A stretch of 32,000 nt of DNA from Anaerolinea thermophila UNI-1 (GTDB taxonomy: Bacteria; Chloroflexota; Anaerolineae; Anaerolineales; Anaerolineaceae): assembly GCF_000199675.1 (NCBI RefSeq), contig NC_014960.1, positions 435,157 to 467,156 on the forward strand, in the 5' to 3' direction. This document shows, piece after piece, positions 1 through 9,846 of this stretch (position 1 is the first letter of the stretch; each line of letters opens with the position of its first letter). A program made the position numbers and the translations under genes. The notes beneath the pieces are model-generated. The model saw nothing but the letters and a program-made list of their open reading frames with translations, ran no database searches and was not told the origin of the DNA.

Positions 1-310
1 CGCTGATGTAGCAGATGACCCTGCGTCCCTGAGCATGCAGTTCGTCAATCACGGCTTGATCCACGTACAGGTCAATATCGTACACATCCACATCAACGCG
101 GGTGTCAATCTCGTTATTGCCAATCTGCCACTGCCAGGTAAGCCCAACCGTGGGGCGCCACCAGTCGGCGGCGGGGTGAGGGGAATTTTCAGAGGACATC
201 TCTGCGGTCTCCGTAAAACGAACAAAGGAAGGGGCTGGCGGGAGCGCGGGGGCACATCCCGCCAGCGCGATGGACAAAATCAACACCAGATGAGCAAATC
301 GCAGGCGCAT
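1..310 (-). CDS. Secreted lipoprotein, GH114-like (endo-alpha-1,4-polygalactosaminidase family); N-terminal part only, gene runs off the left edge
   Basis: Absent from the ORF track because it has no stop in the window. The minus-strand ATG at 310..308 lies 3 nt after the GH4 stop. Translation: MRLRFAHLVLILSIALAGCAPALPP...ADWWRPTVGLTWQWQIGNNEIDTRVDVDVYDIDLYVDQAVIDELHAQGRRVICYIS. It has a signal peptide with an LAGC lipobox, followed by the WQWQ / VYDIDL / G-x-x-VICY-S pattern I associate with the Glyco_hydro_114 TIM barrel. The family call is from memory of the motif. Confidence 0.65.
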   Translation of the reverse strand, partial: MRLRFAHLVLILSIALAGCAPALPPAPSFVRFTETAEMSSENSPHPAADWWRPTVGLTWQWQIGNNEIDTRVDVDVYDIDLYVDQAVIDELHAQGRRVICYIS

Positions 311-313
311 TCC

Positions 314-1645
<1,332 letters not shown>

Positions 1646-1672
1646 AAGAACACTCCTGTAACGAAGATAAAT

Positions 1673-2515
1673 TTAGCGCTTGACGCCGCTCAGGGCAATA
1701 CCCTCAATGAAGAAGCGCTGAGCAAAGAAGAAGACGATGAGCAGGGGCAGGATGCTGATCAGCGCGCCTGCCATTAATACGGTAAAGTTTCCGCCGCGGG
1801 TCATCTGCGTCTGGAAGAGCGCCAGCCCGACCGTCAGGGTCGTGTTCGGCGCGGCAGGCATATAGACCAGCGGGCGAAGCAAGTCGTTCCATGCGCCCTG
1901 GAAGGAAAAGATTGCCAGCGCCGCCAGAGCAGGCTTGGCGAGCGGCAGGTACACCTTCCAGTAGATTTGCGGCAGGGTTGCGCCGTCCACCCGTGCCGCA
2001 TCCACCAGGTCGCGGGGAATGGTGAGGAAGTACTGCCGCAAGAGGAACGTGCCGAAAGCCCCGCCCCAGAAGGCAGGCAACCACAACGGCACACTGGTAC
2101 CCACCAGCCCCAGCCATGAGAAAATGACGAAATTGGGGATAAGGGTCACATGGAACGGAATCAGCAGGGTCAGTAAAAGCAGGGTGAACAGGAAATCTCT
2201 GCCTTTGAAGCGTACCACGGCAAAGCAAAACGCCGCCATGGAGCAGGTGAGCAGTTGCCCAATGGTGGTCAGCAGGGAAATGACCGCACTGTTGAGGAAC
2301 AGCAGGGGGAAACTGATATCGCCGTAGGCAAAGAGCGCCTGAAAGTTTCTCAGGGTAAAGGTAGGCGGAATGAGCGTTTTGGTGAACTGATCGGCGGGCA
2401 GTTTGAAGGACGTGGACACCATCCACAGGAAGGGGGTGACCATGCCTACCGCGCCGATGAGCAGGATGAGGTACGTCAGAGCATCCAATAAACGGGTTTG
2501 TACGCGTTTTCCCAT
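1673..2515 (-). CDS. Carbohydrate ABC transporter permease (CUT1, MalG-like)
   Basis: Multi-TM protein with the binding-protein-dependent transport signature region (AARVDGATLPQIYWKVYLPLAKPAL). Start trimmed from 2545 to the ATG at 2515, which follows a GGAAGGAG SD and avoids a 17-nt overlap with the upstream permease. Confidence 0.9.
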   Translation of the reverse strand: MGKRVQTRLLDALTYLILLIGAVGMVTPFLWMVSTSFKLPADQFTKTLIPPTFTLRNFQALFAYGDISFPLLFLNSAVISLLTTIGQLLTCSMAAFCFAVVRFKGRDFLFTLLLLTLLIPFHVTLIPNFVIFSWLGLVGTSVPLWLPAFWGGAFGTFLLRQYFLTIPRDLVDAARVDGATLPQIYWKVYLPLAKPALAALAIFSFQGAWNDLLRPLVYMPAAPNTTLTVGLALFQTQMTRGGNFTVLMAGALISILPLLIVFFFAQRFFIEGIALSGVKR

Positions 2516-2528
2516 AAAGGTCTCCTTC

Positions 2529-3416
2529 CTACTCATACACCACAAAGCGCTTTTCCAGCCACAGGTACAGCCCCATCAATGCCGCCACGATGAGGGTGAG
2601 TTCGATGGCTTGCGCGCTGGCACCGCCGTAATTGGAGAAATGCCAGGCGTTGCGGTAAATAGAGAACACCACGACTGGAACAGAACTATCGCCCTGCCCG
2701 CGGCGGGTGAGCATATAGATGTAGTCGTATGCCTGAAAGGCGTTGATGGTGGAAATCAGCGTTTGGAAGAAAATGCTGGGGGTGATGAGCGGCAGGGTGA
2801 TGCGGAAGAACTTCTGCAAGCCTTTGGCGCCGTCCATCTCGGCGGCTTCGTAGTACTCGCGTGGGATGGTGGTTAACCCTGCCAGAAAGATAATCATGCC
2901 CTCGCCAATTGCCCCCCAGATGTTGACAATGACCACCGAATAGAGCGCCATATCGGTACACAGCCAGCACACCGGCTGTAACCCGAGGCTTTCCAGAAGG
3001 TAGTTGAGGATTCCCGTATCTTTTCCATAAATCATCTGCCACACCAGCGCGGTAGCCACTGCCGAGGTCACTGCCGGCAGGTAGTAAGCCGTGCGGAAGA
3101 AGGAAATGCCCTTCAGCCCGCGGTTCATCAGCACTGCCACCAGCAGGGAGACGATGACCACCCCCGGCACATACATGGCGGTAAACCGCACCGTGTTCAG
3201 CAGAGAGGTAAGGTTCTTGGGATCTTTGAACAGCGCGATGTAATTGGCAAAGCCAGCCCATTGGGGCGGGGTCAGCAAGTCCCAGCGGGTAAAAGACAGC
3301 GCCAGCGTTGCCAGCAGTGATCCAAAAGCGCTGAAAAACAGCCCGAACAGGGTAGGGGCGAGCATTGCCCACAACCAGAATTTTTCCCGACCAAGAGGTT
3401 TGAGACCGGCTTCCAT
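2529..3416 (-). CDS. Carbohydrate ABC transporter permease (CUT1, MalF-like)
   Basis: Six-TM-type permease with an EAA-like loop (EAAEMDGAKGLQKFFRITLPLITP). Start trimmed from 3545 to the ATG at 3416 (MEAGLKPLGREKFWLW...). The track N-terminus would overlap the binding-protein gene and run through the hairpin at 3433..3473. A GGAG lies 9 nt upstream. Confidence 0.88.
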   Translation of the reverse strand: MEAGLKPLGREKFWLWAMLAPTLFGLFFSAFGSLLATLALSFTRWDLLTPPQWAGFANYIALFKDPKNLTSLLNTVRFTAMYVPGVVIVSLLVAVLMNRGLKGISFFRTAYYLPAVTSAVATALVWQMIYGKDTGILNYLLESLGLQPVCWLCTDMALYSVVIVNIWGAIGEGMIIFLAGLTTIPREYYEAAEMDGAKGLQKFFRITLPLITPSIFFQTLISTINAFQAYDYIYMLTRRGQGDSSVPVVVFSIYRNAWHFSNYGGASAQAIELTLIVAALMGLYLWLEKRFVVYE

Positions 3417-3432
3417 AAAAGTTTGCTCCAAG

Positions 3433-3473
3433 CCTGCCCCCCGCAGAGCAAAACCGTTCCTGCGGGGGGCAGG
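3433..3473 (-). promoter_or_regulatory. Intra-operon 14-bp perfect GC-rich stem-loop between the binding-protein and permease genes
   Basis: CCTGCCCCCCGCAG (3433-3446) pairs perfectly with CTGCGGGGGGCAGG (3460-3473), with a 13-nt loop. There is no clear U-tract after it on the minus strand. Confidence 0.7.
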
Positions 3474-3486
3474 GATAGGGAAAGAA

Positions 3487-4767
3487 TTACCTGTTCTTTG
3501 CCAGCACTTCGTCAGCCTGTTTGACGACTTCGTCCAGGGTGGCATCCAGTTCGGCTTCGCCGGTCCACACCACGCTCATGCCGTCGCCAATCACCGAGGA
3601 CCATTCCTCATAACCCTTGAAGGACGGCTTCATGCGGGCGAACGCCAGCGAATCCAGGAAAACCTGATGGTTGACCTTGACTTCCTGTTCCAGGAAGGCA
3701 GGGCTTTCGGCAACCGACTTGAGCACCGGGCAGGCAAAGCCCAGTTCCGCCAGGCGGGTCTGCCCCTTCTCGCTCAGCACAAACTTGATGAAGTTGAAAC
3801 TTTCCTGCGGGTATTTGGTGGCTTTGGCAACCACAAACCCGGCGCTGTTGACGCTGGTGGCTTGCCCGGCAGGTCCGGCGGGCATGGGGGCAACATCCCA
3901 CTTGAAGGATGCTTCAGCATAGCCGGGGATTGCCCAGTGTCCAATGGTGGTCATGGCGGCAACGCCAGCCAGGAAGGGATCGCCGCCGTACTGCGCCGCA
4001 GTGTTGGCATCGGGCCAGGAACCGTCCACGAAAATCATATCGTGGAAGAGTTGCCAGGCTTTGCGGGCTTCGGGCGTACCGATGAGCGTCTTGGTGTAGT
4101 CGGCGCTGATGACATCGCCGCCGTGCGCCCAAATGCCTTCACCCCAGATGAGTTCCATGTCCCACAAATCGGCGTAGAAGCCGTACTGATCCACCTTGCC
4201 ATCGCCGTTGGTGTCTTTGGTCAGTTTCCTGGCAATCTCGCGCAGGTCGTCATACGTCCAGCCCTGTTGCGGATAGGGGATGCCGGCGGCGTTAAACATA
4301 TCCTTGTTGTAGAAGACCACAATGGTCTGGAAATCGCGCGGCAAACCGAAGTAGCCTTCGGGGGTTTCGTAGGCTTTCAGGGTGACCGGATACAGCCCAT
4401 CCAGCAAGCCGGGGTTGGCATCCAGATAGGGCTTCAGGTTGAGCAGAACGCCGCGGGATTGATAGTCCTTGTAGAGCGGGGCATCAATGGCGAAGATGTC
4501 CGGCGGGGTGTTGGCGGCAAGCAGGGTCTTCAACTTCGTCCAGTACGAATCCCAGTCGGAAACTTCCACGTTCACCTTGACATTGGGATTTTCCTTCTCG
4601 AAGTCGGCGACAATTTGCTTCCACACTTCCAGTTCAGCCGGGTCGCCCCATGCCATGAAGCGAATCTCTGCCGCTCCGCCAGAGGGCGCCGGAGTGCCGC
4701 CCGCCTGCGCGCAAGCCGTCAGCACGATGGTGAGAACCAGAATCAGGGAAAACAGGGTGCGCTTCAT
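3487..4767 (-). CDS. Carbohydrate ABC transporter substrate-binding lipoprotein (SBP family 1)
   Basis: 426 aa. Signal peptide MKRTLFSLILVLTIVLTAC with a lipobox. Typical CUT1 SBP sequence (IRFMAWGDPAELEVWKQIVADFEKENPNVKV). AGGAG SD before the ATG at 4767. Confidence 0.9.
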   Translation of the reverse strand: MKRTLFSLILVLTIVLTACAQAGGTPAPSGGAAEIRFMAWGDPAELEVWKQIVADFEKENPNVKVNVEVSDWDSYWTKLKTLLAANTPPDIFAIDAPLYKDYQSRGVLLNLKPYLDANPGLLDGLYPVTLKAYETPEGYFGLPRDFQTIVVFYNKDMFNAAGIPYPQQGWTYDDLREIARKLTKDTNGDGKVDQYGFYADLWDMELIWGEGIWAHGGDVISADYTKTLIGTPEARKAWQLFHDMIFVDGSWPDANTAAQYGGDPFLAGVAAMTTIGHWAIPGYAEASFKWDVAPMPAGPAGQATSVNSAGFVVAKATKYPQESFNFIKFVLSEKGQTRLAELGFACPVLKSVAESPAFLEQEVKVNHQVFLDSLAFARMKPSFKGYEEWSSVIGDGMSVVWTGEAELDATLDEVVKQADEVLAKNR

Positions 4768-4791
4768 ACAACTTACTCCTTTCTTGAAACA

Positions 4792-5841
4792 CTACAACTT
4801 GACAACGGTATCCAGATGCGTGGGACGATCTGGATTCAACCCTTTGGAAAGAGCCCGTTCGAAGGCAATGCGCTGTCCAACGGGCAAATACAGAATGTTG
4901 CGGATGGCTTCCGAGAGGGGAGCAGGCAGGGTCAGGCGATAGGTGGCTTTTTCCGGGAAGAGGGGAGCATCCGCAAACGCCAGGTCCACCACCCTGCCGC
5001 CCAGCGCCAGCATATCATCCAGCACCGCGCCTTCCGCCTGCCCGTTGCGGGCAGAGCGCAAGCCGATGACCACCGCCGAATCGGTGATCATGCTCTTGGG
5101 ACCATGGCGGAATTCCAGGAAGTGGAAAGGCTCACTGTGGCTCAGGCTCATCTCTTTCATCTTCAGGCTCAATTCGCAAGCCAGCCCGTAGCGCGTACCT
5201 GAACCAAGCCAGTAAAAACGATCCAGGCTGGCGTCCTGTCCCAGTTCGCCTGCCAGTCCCGCCGAGTTTTCCAGCACCTGCGCGCCGGCTTCGGGTAAGC
5301 GGGTCAGCGCATCCAGCAGGTCAGCACGCCCGGACCACTCGCACGCCAGCGCCATCGTCCCCAGGTAGAGGGTGGAGAAGGCGCGGGTTTGTGCCACCGA
5401 TTGTTCCTGACCGGACGGCAGAACCAGGTTGAGCGTCCCCATGCCTGCCAGCGGGGTTTGCGGGTAGCAGGACAGGGTGATCAGGTCGCCGCGTTTCTGG
5501 TCGAGGAAAGCGCGGCAGGCGTGCAGGGTTTCGCTGGTCTCGCCGGAGCGGGAAACCGCCACCAGCAGGGTCTTGCCCCCGGTGTAAACAATGTCCGGGT
5601 TCAGCCAGAGTTCGGAAGCGGGGAAGGCTCGAGCGGGCGCGCCGGTCAGTTCCTGGGTAAGCGCGGCGGCGGAAAGAGCCAGGTAGTAGGTGGAGCCACA
5701 TCCGGTAAAGAGGATTTGGGCATACTCACCGGGCTGAAAACGCCGGATGTCCGCTTGAGAGGCTTTCAAGACATCCAGCGCGCTCGCCCATGCCTGCGGT
5801 TGAGAAAGAATTTCCTGAAGAGTAAACGTTCCATTTTCCAT
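4792..5841 (-). CDS. Two-SIS-domain sugar-phosphate isomerase/deaminase (AgaS / GlmS C-terminal-like)
   Basis: Start trimmed to the ATG at 5841 (MENGTFTLQEILSQPQAW...). Motifs VSRSGETSET, EFRHGPKSMI and C-terminal NPDRPTHLDTVVKL parallel E. coli AgaS (EEIRHQPRAW, GRSGNSPES, FRHGPKSLV, NPDTP...VNRVV) as I recall it. Confidence 0.8.
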   Translation of the reverse strand: MENGTFTLQEILSQPQAWASALDVLKASQADIRRFQPGEYAQILFTGCGSTYYLALSAAALTQELTGAPARAFPASELWLNPDIVYTGGKTLLVAVSRSGETSETLHACRAFLDQKRGDLITLSCYPQTPLAGMGTLNLVLPSGQEQSVAQTRAFSTLYLGTMALACEWSGRADLLDALTRLPEAGAQVLENSAGLAGELGQDASLDRFYWLGSGTRYGLACELSLKMKEMSLSHSEPFHFLEFRHGPKSMITDSAVVIGLRSARNGQAEGAVLDDMLALGGRVVDLAFADAPLFPEKATYRLTLPAPLSEAIRNILYLPVGQRIAFERALSKGLNPDRPTHLDTVVKL

Positions 5842-5845
5842 ATGG

Positions 5846-6883
5846 TCATCCCTGAATACGAAGAATTCGCCGGGCGTTGCCTGCATATACCTTTTCCAGC
5901 ACCTCATCGGGCAGGAAAATGCCGTAGATGTACCAGCGTCCCTGCAGGGGGATTTCGCCCGGATTGTAGTTGAAGTATTCGTCGTCGGTTTCGAGGAAGC
6001 GGTAATAAATGCGGTAGGTCTCCAGGTCGGGACCTACATCTGTACCGAAAAGAATGCGGTCGGCGTATTTCAGAAAGAAACGCCGCGCGGTATAGGGCTG
6101 ACGTCCCAGTTCTCCAATGCGCGCGGCGATATCCACAAAGAAATTGGGGCAATCGTCCAGCACACTGCCCACCCAGGCAAGGTTCTCGGCGTAACAGCCC
6201 ACATGCGCGCCGATGAAGGTAGTCTGCGGATGGCGCTTGACCAGGCGGTGCAGGGCATTGACAATCTCCAGAAACGGCGGGAAGGGCGGGCTGGGGAACG
6301 ACCAGTCGGGGTGCGCCCCCAGTTCTTCCCAGCGTTCGTTGGTCTCATCAATGGGGTCGAAGAAAGCCACCGGGTCGGCGATGTGGATCAGCACAGGCAT
6401 GCCCAGTTCTCCCGCCGTCTGCCAGACGGGGTCGAGGCGGGCGTCATCTACGGCAACCCGCGCGCCGGTATGATCACGCACGTGCAAGCCAAAATGTTTC
6501 CAGATTTTCAAGCCCTCAGCGCCGCGGGCTTTCTGAATGCGCAAACGTTCCGCCGCCCACTCCGGGAAGCGGTTGCCCAGATACTCCCACTGATTCCAGT
6601 CCACGCCGCCAAAGATGGTGAAACGCTCCGGCGCGCGGGCTTTGAAGAGATCCAGGTGGCGGTTGAGAATGTCCTCTCCCCAGCCGCCATCCAGATCCAC
6701 GTAGTGGATGACACCGGCGGCGTCCATGCGGTCCAGCAGTTCGTTGATGGGCTTTTCTTCCCAATCCCCGCCAAAGGGCGGCGCCAGGTGATTGTGCGCG
6801 TCAATGACCGGAAAGCGCGGCTTTTCCACCACGCTTTGCCGTGTGACCAGTTTGGAACGCGGTTTGTAGTGTTCAAGAAGCAT
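5846..6883 (-). CDS. Amidohydrolase-2 family metal-dependent hydrolase (PF04909-like TIM barrel)
   Basis: N-terminal HxH metal motif (VIDAHNHL), late FGTDVGP Asp motif, and a size of about 345 aa. The track start at 6889 is a TTG. I use the ATG at 6883, which is preceded by AAGGAA at 8 nt spacing. Confidence 0.78.
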   Translation of the reverse strand: MLLEHYKPRSKLVTRQSVVEKPRFPVIDAHNHLAPPFGGDWEEKPINELLDRMDAAGVIHYVDLDGGWGEDILNRHLDLFKARAPERFTIFGGVDWNQWEYLGNRFPEWAAERLRIQKARGAEGLKIWKHFGLHVRDHTGARVAVDDARLDPVWQTAGELGMPVLIHIADPVAFFDPIDETNERWEELGAHPDWSFPSPPFPPFLEIVNALHRLVKRHPQTTFIGAHVGCYAENLAWVGSVLDDCPNFFVDIAARIGELGRQPYTARRFFLKYADRILFGTDVGPDLETYRIYYRFLETDDEYFNYNPGEIPLQGRWYIYGIFLPDEVLEKVYAGNARRILRIQG

Positions 6884-6906
6884 GGGCAAATTCCTTGAAA
6901 AAGGAT

Positions 6907-7683
6907 TTATGCCAGCAAGACCCGAACCCCCAGTTCCTGCAGGGCAGAGATGAAACTTTCATCGGCTTCCTGGGTGGTGATGAAGGTGTGCATGCTGGTC
7001 AGGGGAGCAAGGAAGGCAGTGGAGACGCGACAGCATTTGGTGTGATCCGCCACAACGATAACCTCGCGCCCAATTTTGAGGATGGCGCGGTCGGTCATGG
7101 TTTCGGGCAGGTAATCGTTGGTCAAGCCGTGTTCCAGATCCACGGCGCGCACCCCCAGAAAGACCTTATCGGCGCGCACCTCGCTGAGGGCTTGCTCGGT
7201 GATGTGTCCGATGAAGGAGAGTTCGCTGTCGCGTAAAATCCCGCCCAGACACACCACCTGAATATGTTCCATGCCGGCAAACAGGTTGACCACCGGCAGG
7301 GAATTGGTGATGATGGTCAGCCCTTTGCGCTCGCGCAGGTGTTTGGCGATTTCCAGCACCGTCGTTCCCGAGCCAAGGAAGACGGTTTCGCCATCCTGTA
7401 CCAGGGTAGCGGCAAGCCTGCCGATGCGGGCTTTCTCATCCGCCTGCTCATGACTGCGCTCCAGCAGGGGCGGCTCCGGCGCAGCCGGTTGTAGAGGAAT
7501 AGCGCCGCCATGCACGCGCTGAATCAAGCCCTGCGAAGCCAGCGCTTCCAGGTCCCGGCGGGCAGTGGCTTCACTGACGGCAAACTCTTCGCAGATTTGG
7601 GCAATCTTCACCCGTTGCTGGCGCTGAAGCAGTGCCAGGATGGCTTGCTGACGTTCGATATTGGAAAGAGAGGGGATGTCCAT
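6907..7683 (-). CDS. DeoR-family transcriptional regulator (HTH plus DeoR C-terminal sugar-phosphate sensor domain)
   Basis: RQQAILALLQRQQRVKIAQICEEFAVSEATARRDLEALASQGLIQRVHGGA is a classic DeoR HTH, and the C-terminal half is DeoRC-like. The track start at 7692 is a TTG; an in-frame ATG at 7683 is used. Confidence 0.9.
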   Translation of the reverse strand: MDIPSLSNIERQQAILALLQRQQRVKIAQICEEFAVSEATARRDLEALASQGLIQRVHGGAIPLQPAAPEPPLLERSHEQADEKARIGRLAATLVQDGETVFLGSGTTVLEIAKHLRERKGLTIITNSLPVVNLFAGMEHIQVVCLGGILRDSELSFIGHITEQALSEVRADKVFLGVRAVDLEHGLTNDYLPETMTDRAILKIGREVIVVADHTKCCRVSTAFLAPLTSMHTFITTQEADESFISALQELGVRVLLA

Positions 7684-7689
7684 AAATTT

Positions 7690-7757
7690 CAATCACAAAC
7701 AATCAAAATCAATCAGTTTCCATCAATTATTATGGAATATTTTGCGCGAAAATACAA
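7690..7757 (-). promoter_or_regulatory. Candidate deoR-operon promoter with a helically phased pentamer operator array
   Basis: On the minus strand: TTGTAT (7757-7752), a 17-nt spacer, then CATAAT (7734-7729). Downstream of it, GATTG occurs three times at exactly 10-nt spacing (plus-strand CAATC at 7690, 7700 and 7710), immediately before the deoR ATG. Confidence 0.45.
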
Positions 7758-7782
7758 GCCCTCTGGAGGGTGATTTTTGCGC

Positions 7783-7819
7783 GTAAACAATAAAGCGGAG
7801 TCGTTATCGACTCCGCTTT
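7783..7819 (-). terminator. Rho-independent terminator after metG
   Basis: AAAGCGGAGTCG (7792-7803) pairs with CGACTCCGCTTT (7808-7819) around a 4-nt loop. On the minus strand it is followed by TTTATTGTTT. It lies 19 nt after the metG stop. Confidence 0.8.
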
Positions 7820-7838
7820 GAGATGAAAAGAAGCCTTT

Positions 7839-9635
7839 TTACGATTTTCGTTGTGCTCTCAGCCGGGCGCGTTCTTCCTCAACGATGCTGGCATCCAGTT
7901 TCTTGAAGAGCGGCTGGGGTGCCTGCAGAGGTTGTCCGGGCTGTAAGGCGCTGGGTTGCCACTTGCCGGCGGCGTCATCGGGGTCGTAGAGCAGGACGGT
8001 GTGCTCACCCAGCCCATCCTGCACCGTGCGGGTGGCTTGTTTGCCGAAGAGCGGTTTTTCATAGCCGAAGTACTGGTGCAGTTTCTCACTGCTGAAGGGC
8101 AGGAACGGCGAAAGCAGGACGGAGAGGTTGTCAATGCATCGCAGGGCGGTGTAGATGGCCCGCGCCGCCGCCTGACGGTCGGTCTTGATTTCCTTCCAGG
8201 GCGCAGTCTGATCCAGATAGCGGTTGACCTCGGTTGCCAGTGCCATGGCACTGCCCAGCGCACTGCGCAAATGCACGGCTTCCAGTTCTGCGCCTACGCT
8301 CTCAAAGCCACTTTCCACCTTGCGCAGGATTTCCTCGTCCAGTTCGGTCAGTGCGCCGGGCTCGGGGACTTTGCCCTCAAAGTGTTTGACGGCAAACGAA
8401 AGCACGCGGTTTGCCAGGTTGCCCCAGGTAGCCACCAGTTCGTCGTTGTTGCGCTTGTAGAAGTCTTCCCAGTCCCAGTCGGTATCGCGCATCTCTGGCA
8501 TGTTTACGGTCAGGTAGTAGCGCAGGGGGTCGGGGTCGTAACGCGAGAGGAAATCATGTCCCCACACTGCCCAGTTGCGGCTTCCGGAGATTTTATCGCC
8601 TTCCAGATTCATGAACTGATTGGCGGGTACATCGTAGGGCAGTACCAGTTTCTGCCCTTTCTCGCCGGCGAAAATTTCCATGAAGGTTTCGCCCATGCCC
8701 AGCAGTTGGGCGGGCCACCAGGCGGCGTGGAAGAAGATATTATCCTTTCCGATGAAGTAAATGGTGCGCGATTCGGGGTTGACCCACCAGTCCTTCCAGG
8801 CATCGCCCAGCCCGTGCAGGCGCGCCCACTCGATGGGAGCAGACAGGTAGCCGATGACGGCTTCGAACCACACATACAGGCATTTGCCTTCCCAGCCTTC
8901 CACCGGCACGGGAATGCCCCAGTCCAGGTCGCGGGTGATGGGGCGGCTCTTCAGCCCTTCGCTTTCGATTTGCCCCAGCGTCTGGTTGCACACGGTTTCG
9001 CGCCAGTAGTGCTGGCGTTCGCGCAGGAAGCGGGCGACTTCCGGCTCCAGTTTGGAGAGGTCGAGGTAGTAGTGCACGGTTTCGCGCAGTTCGGGGGTGG
9101 AACCATCCACTTTGGAGCGCGGGTTGATGAGTTTTTCCGGTTCCAGCACATTGCCGCACTTGTCGCACTGGTCACTGCGGGCGTGCTCATCGCCGCAGAT
9201 GTAGCAGGTGCCTTCGATGTAGCGGTCGGGCAGGAAGCGCCTCAGCGAGGGCGAATACCACTGCGGACGGACTTCGGTGTACAGGTAGCCGTTCTTCAGC
9301 AGGGCGAGGAACACGCTCTGCGCTACCTTGAAGTGGTTTTCGGTGTGTGTGGTGGTGAAGAGGTCGTAGGTCAGCCCCGCCTTTTGAAACAAATCCAGGA
9401 AGGACTGGTGAAAACGCTTGTACACCTCTTCCACGGGCTTACCCTCGGCATCGGCGCGCAGGGTGACCGGCGTGCCGTGCGAATCGGTGCCGGAGACCAT
9501 TAACACGCGATTGCCCTTGAGGCGGTGGTAGCGGGCGACGATATCCGCCGGCAGGTACGCGCCGGTGATGTTGCCAACGTGAATCTCAGCGTTGGCGTAG
9601 GGCCAGGCAACAGCAATCAGGACAGGTGTGGACAT
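7839..9635 (-). CDS. metG: Methionine--tRNA ligase
   Basis: 598 aa from the ATG at 9635 (MSTPVLIAVAWPYANAEIHVGN..., HIGH-type motif). Zn knuckle CYICGDEHARSDQCDKCG. A KISGSRNW stretch at the position expected for the KMSKS loop. GAGGT SD. The track N-terminal extension to 9689 was rejected. Confidence 0.97.
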   Translation of the reverse strand: MSTPVLIAVAWPYANAEIHVGNITGAYLPADIVARYHRLKGNRVLMVSGTDSHGTPVTLRADAEGKPVEEVYKRFHQSFLDLFQKAGLTYDLFTTTHTENHFKVAQSVFLALLKNGYLYTEVRPQWYSPSLRRFLPDRYIEGTCYICGDEHARSDQCDKCGNVLEPEKLINPRSKVDGSTPELRETVHYYLDLSKLEPEVARFLRERQHYWRETVCNQTLGQIESEGLKSRPITRDLDWGIPVPVEGWEGKCLYVWFEAVIGYLSAPIEWARLHGLGDAWKDWWVNPESRTIYFIGKDNIFFHAAWWPAQLLGMGETFMEIFAGEKGQKLVLPYDVPANQFMNLEGDKISGSRNWAVWGHDFLSRYDPDPLRYYLTVNMPEMRDTDWDWEDFYKRNNDELVATWGNLANRVLSFAVKHFEGKVPEPGALTELDEEILRKVESGFESVGAELEAVHLRSALGSAMALATEVNRYLDQTAPWKEIKTDRQAAARAIYTALRCIDNLSVLLSPFLPFSSEKLHQYFGYEKPLFGKQATRTVQDGLGEHTVLLYDPDDAAGKWQPSALQPGQPLQAPQPLFKKLDASIVEEERARLRAQRKS

Positions 9636-9668
9636 AAGGTAACCTCGACAAAGACATAATTTTTTCAG

Positions 9669-9700
9669 AAATGAAAACCCGGCGGGCACCGCCAGCCGGG
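9669..9700 (-). terminator. Attenuator terminator inside the metG leader
   Basis: Minus strand reads CCCGGCTGGC-GGT-GCCCGCCGGG (9 of 10 bp paired) followed by TTTTCATTT. It ends about 33 nt upstream of the metG ATG. Confidence 0.65.
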
Positions 9701-9720
9701 CTGCAGGTTCGTTCTGTGGG

Positions 9721-9798
9721 CTACGCAGCCAGAACCGGCGGTGAGATGGTTCTCCCGCGCATCATCATGCCACGCATGCCCATAAGTAAGAGTCCCAT
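9721..9798 (-). CDS. Candidate Met-rich leader peptide (25 aa) of a metG transcription attenuator
   Basis: Minus strand: GAGGG SD, 6 nt, then ATG GGA CTC TTA CTT ATG GGC ATG CGT GGC ATG ATG ATG CGC GGG AGA ACC ATC TCA CCG CCG GTT CTG GCT GCG TAG = MGLLLMGMRGMMMRGRTISPPVLAA. It contains 6 Met codons, three of them consecutive. The 3' end of the ORF forms one strand of an antiterminator helix. Confidence 0.5.
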   Translation of the reverse strand: MGLLLMGMRGMMMRGRTISPPVLAA

Positions 9799-9817
9799 GG
9801 TTAACCCTCGTGGGCGT

Positions 9818-9846
9818 ATGATAGCACAAAAGTTATCTCCGGGCAA
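9818..9846 (-). promoter_or_regulatory. Candidate sigma-70 promoter for the metG leader
   Basis: Minus strand: TTGCCC (9846-9841), a 17-nt spacer, then TGc-TATCAT (extended -10; hexamer 9823-9818). The predicted TSS lies just upstream of the leader-peptide SD. Confidence 0.4.

Noticed and set aside
2529-3545. Long N-terminal extensions in the ORF track. Affected entries: 2529..3545, 1673..2545, 4792..5907, 7839..9689, 21257..22189, 23071..24003, 25115..26182, 26172..28172; also TTG starts at 6889, 7692 and 29521.
   Set aside because: The extensions overlap upstream genes or hairpins and encode non-homologous, often Arg/Pro-rich sequence. In each case an internal ATG preceded by a GGAG-type SD gives a native-looking N-terminus (a signal peptide or a conserved family start).
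3244-5202. 652-aa plus-strand ORF, the longest of many long antisense ORFs. Others include 35..715, 1049..1777, 6203..6898, 7956..9503, 15029..15718, 15782..16606, 21248..22108, 22205..23122, 26388..26945 and 30040..31296.
   Set aside because: Each lies entirely opposite a gene with unmistakable family motifs. Their translations are Arg/Gly/Ala/Pro/His-rich low-complexity strings with no recognisable domains, SDs or sensible boundaries. Such stop-free antisense frames are expected in GC-rich coding DNA.
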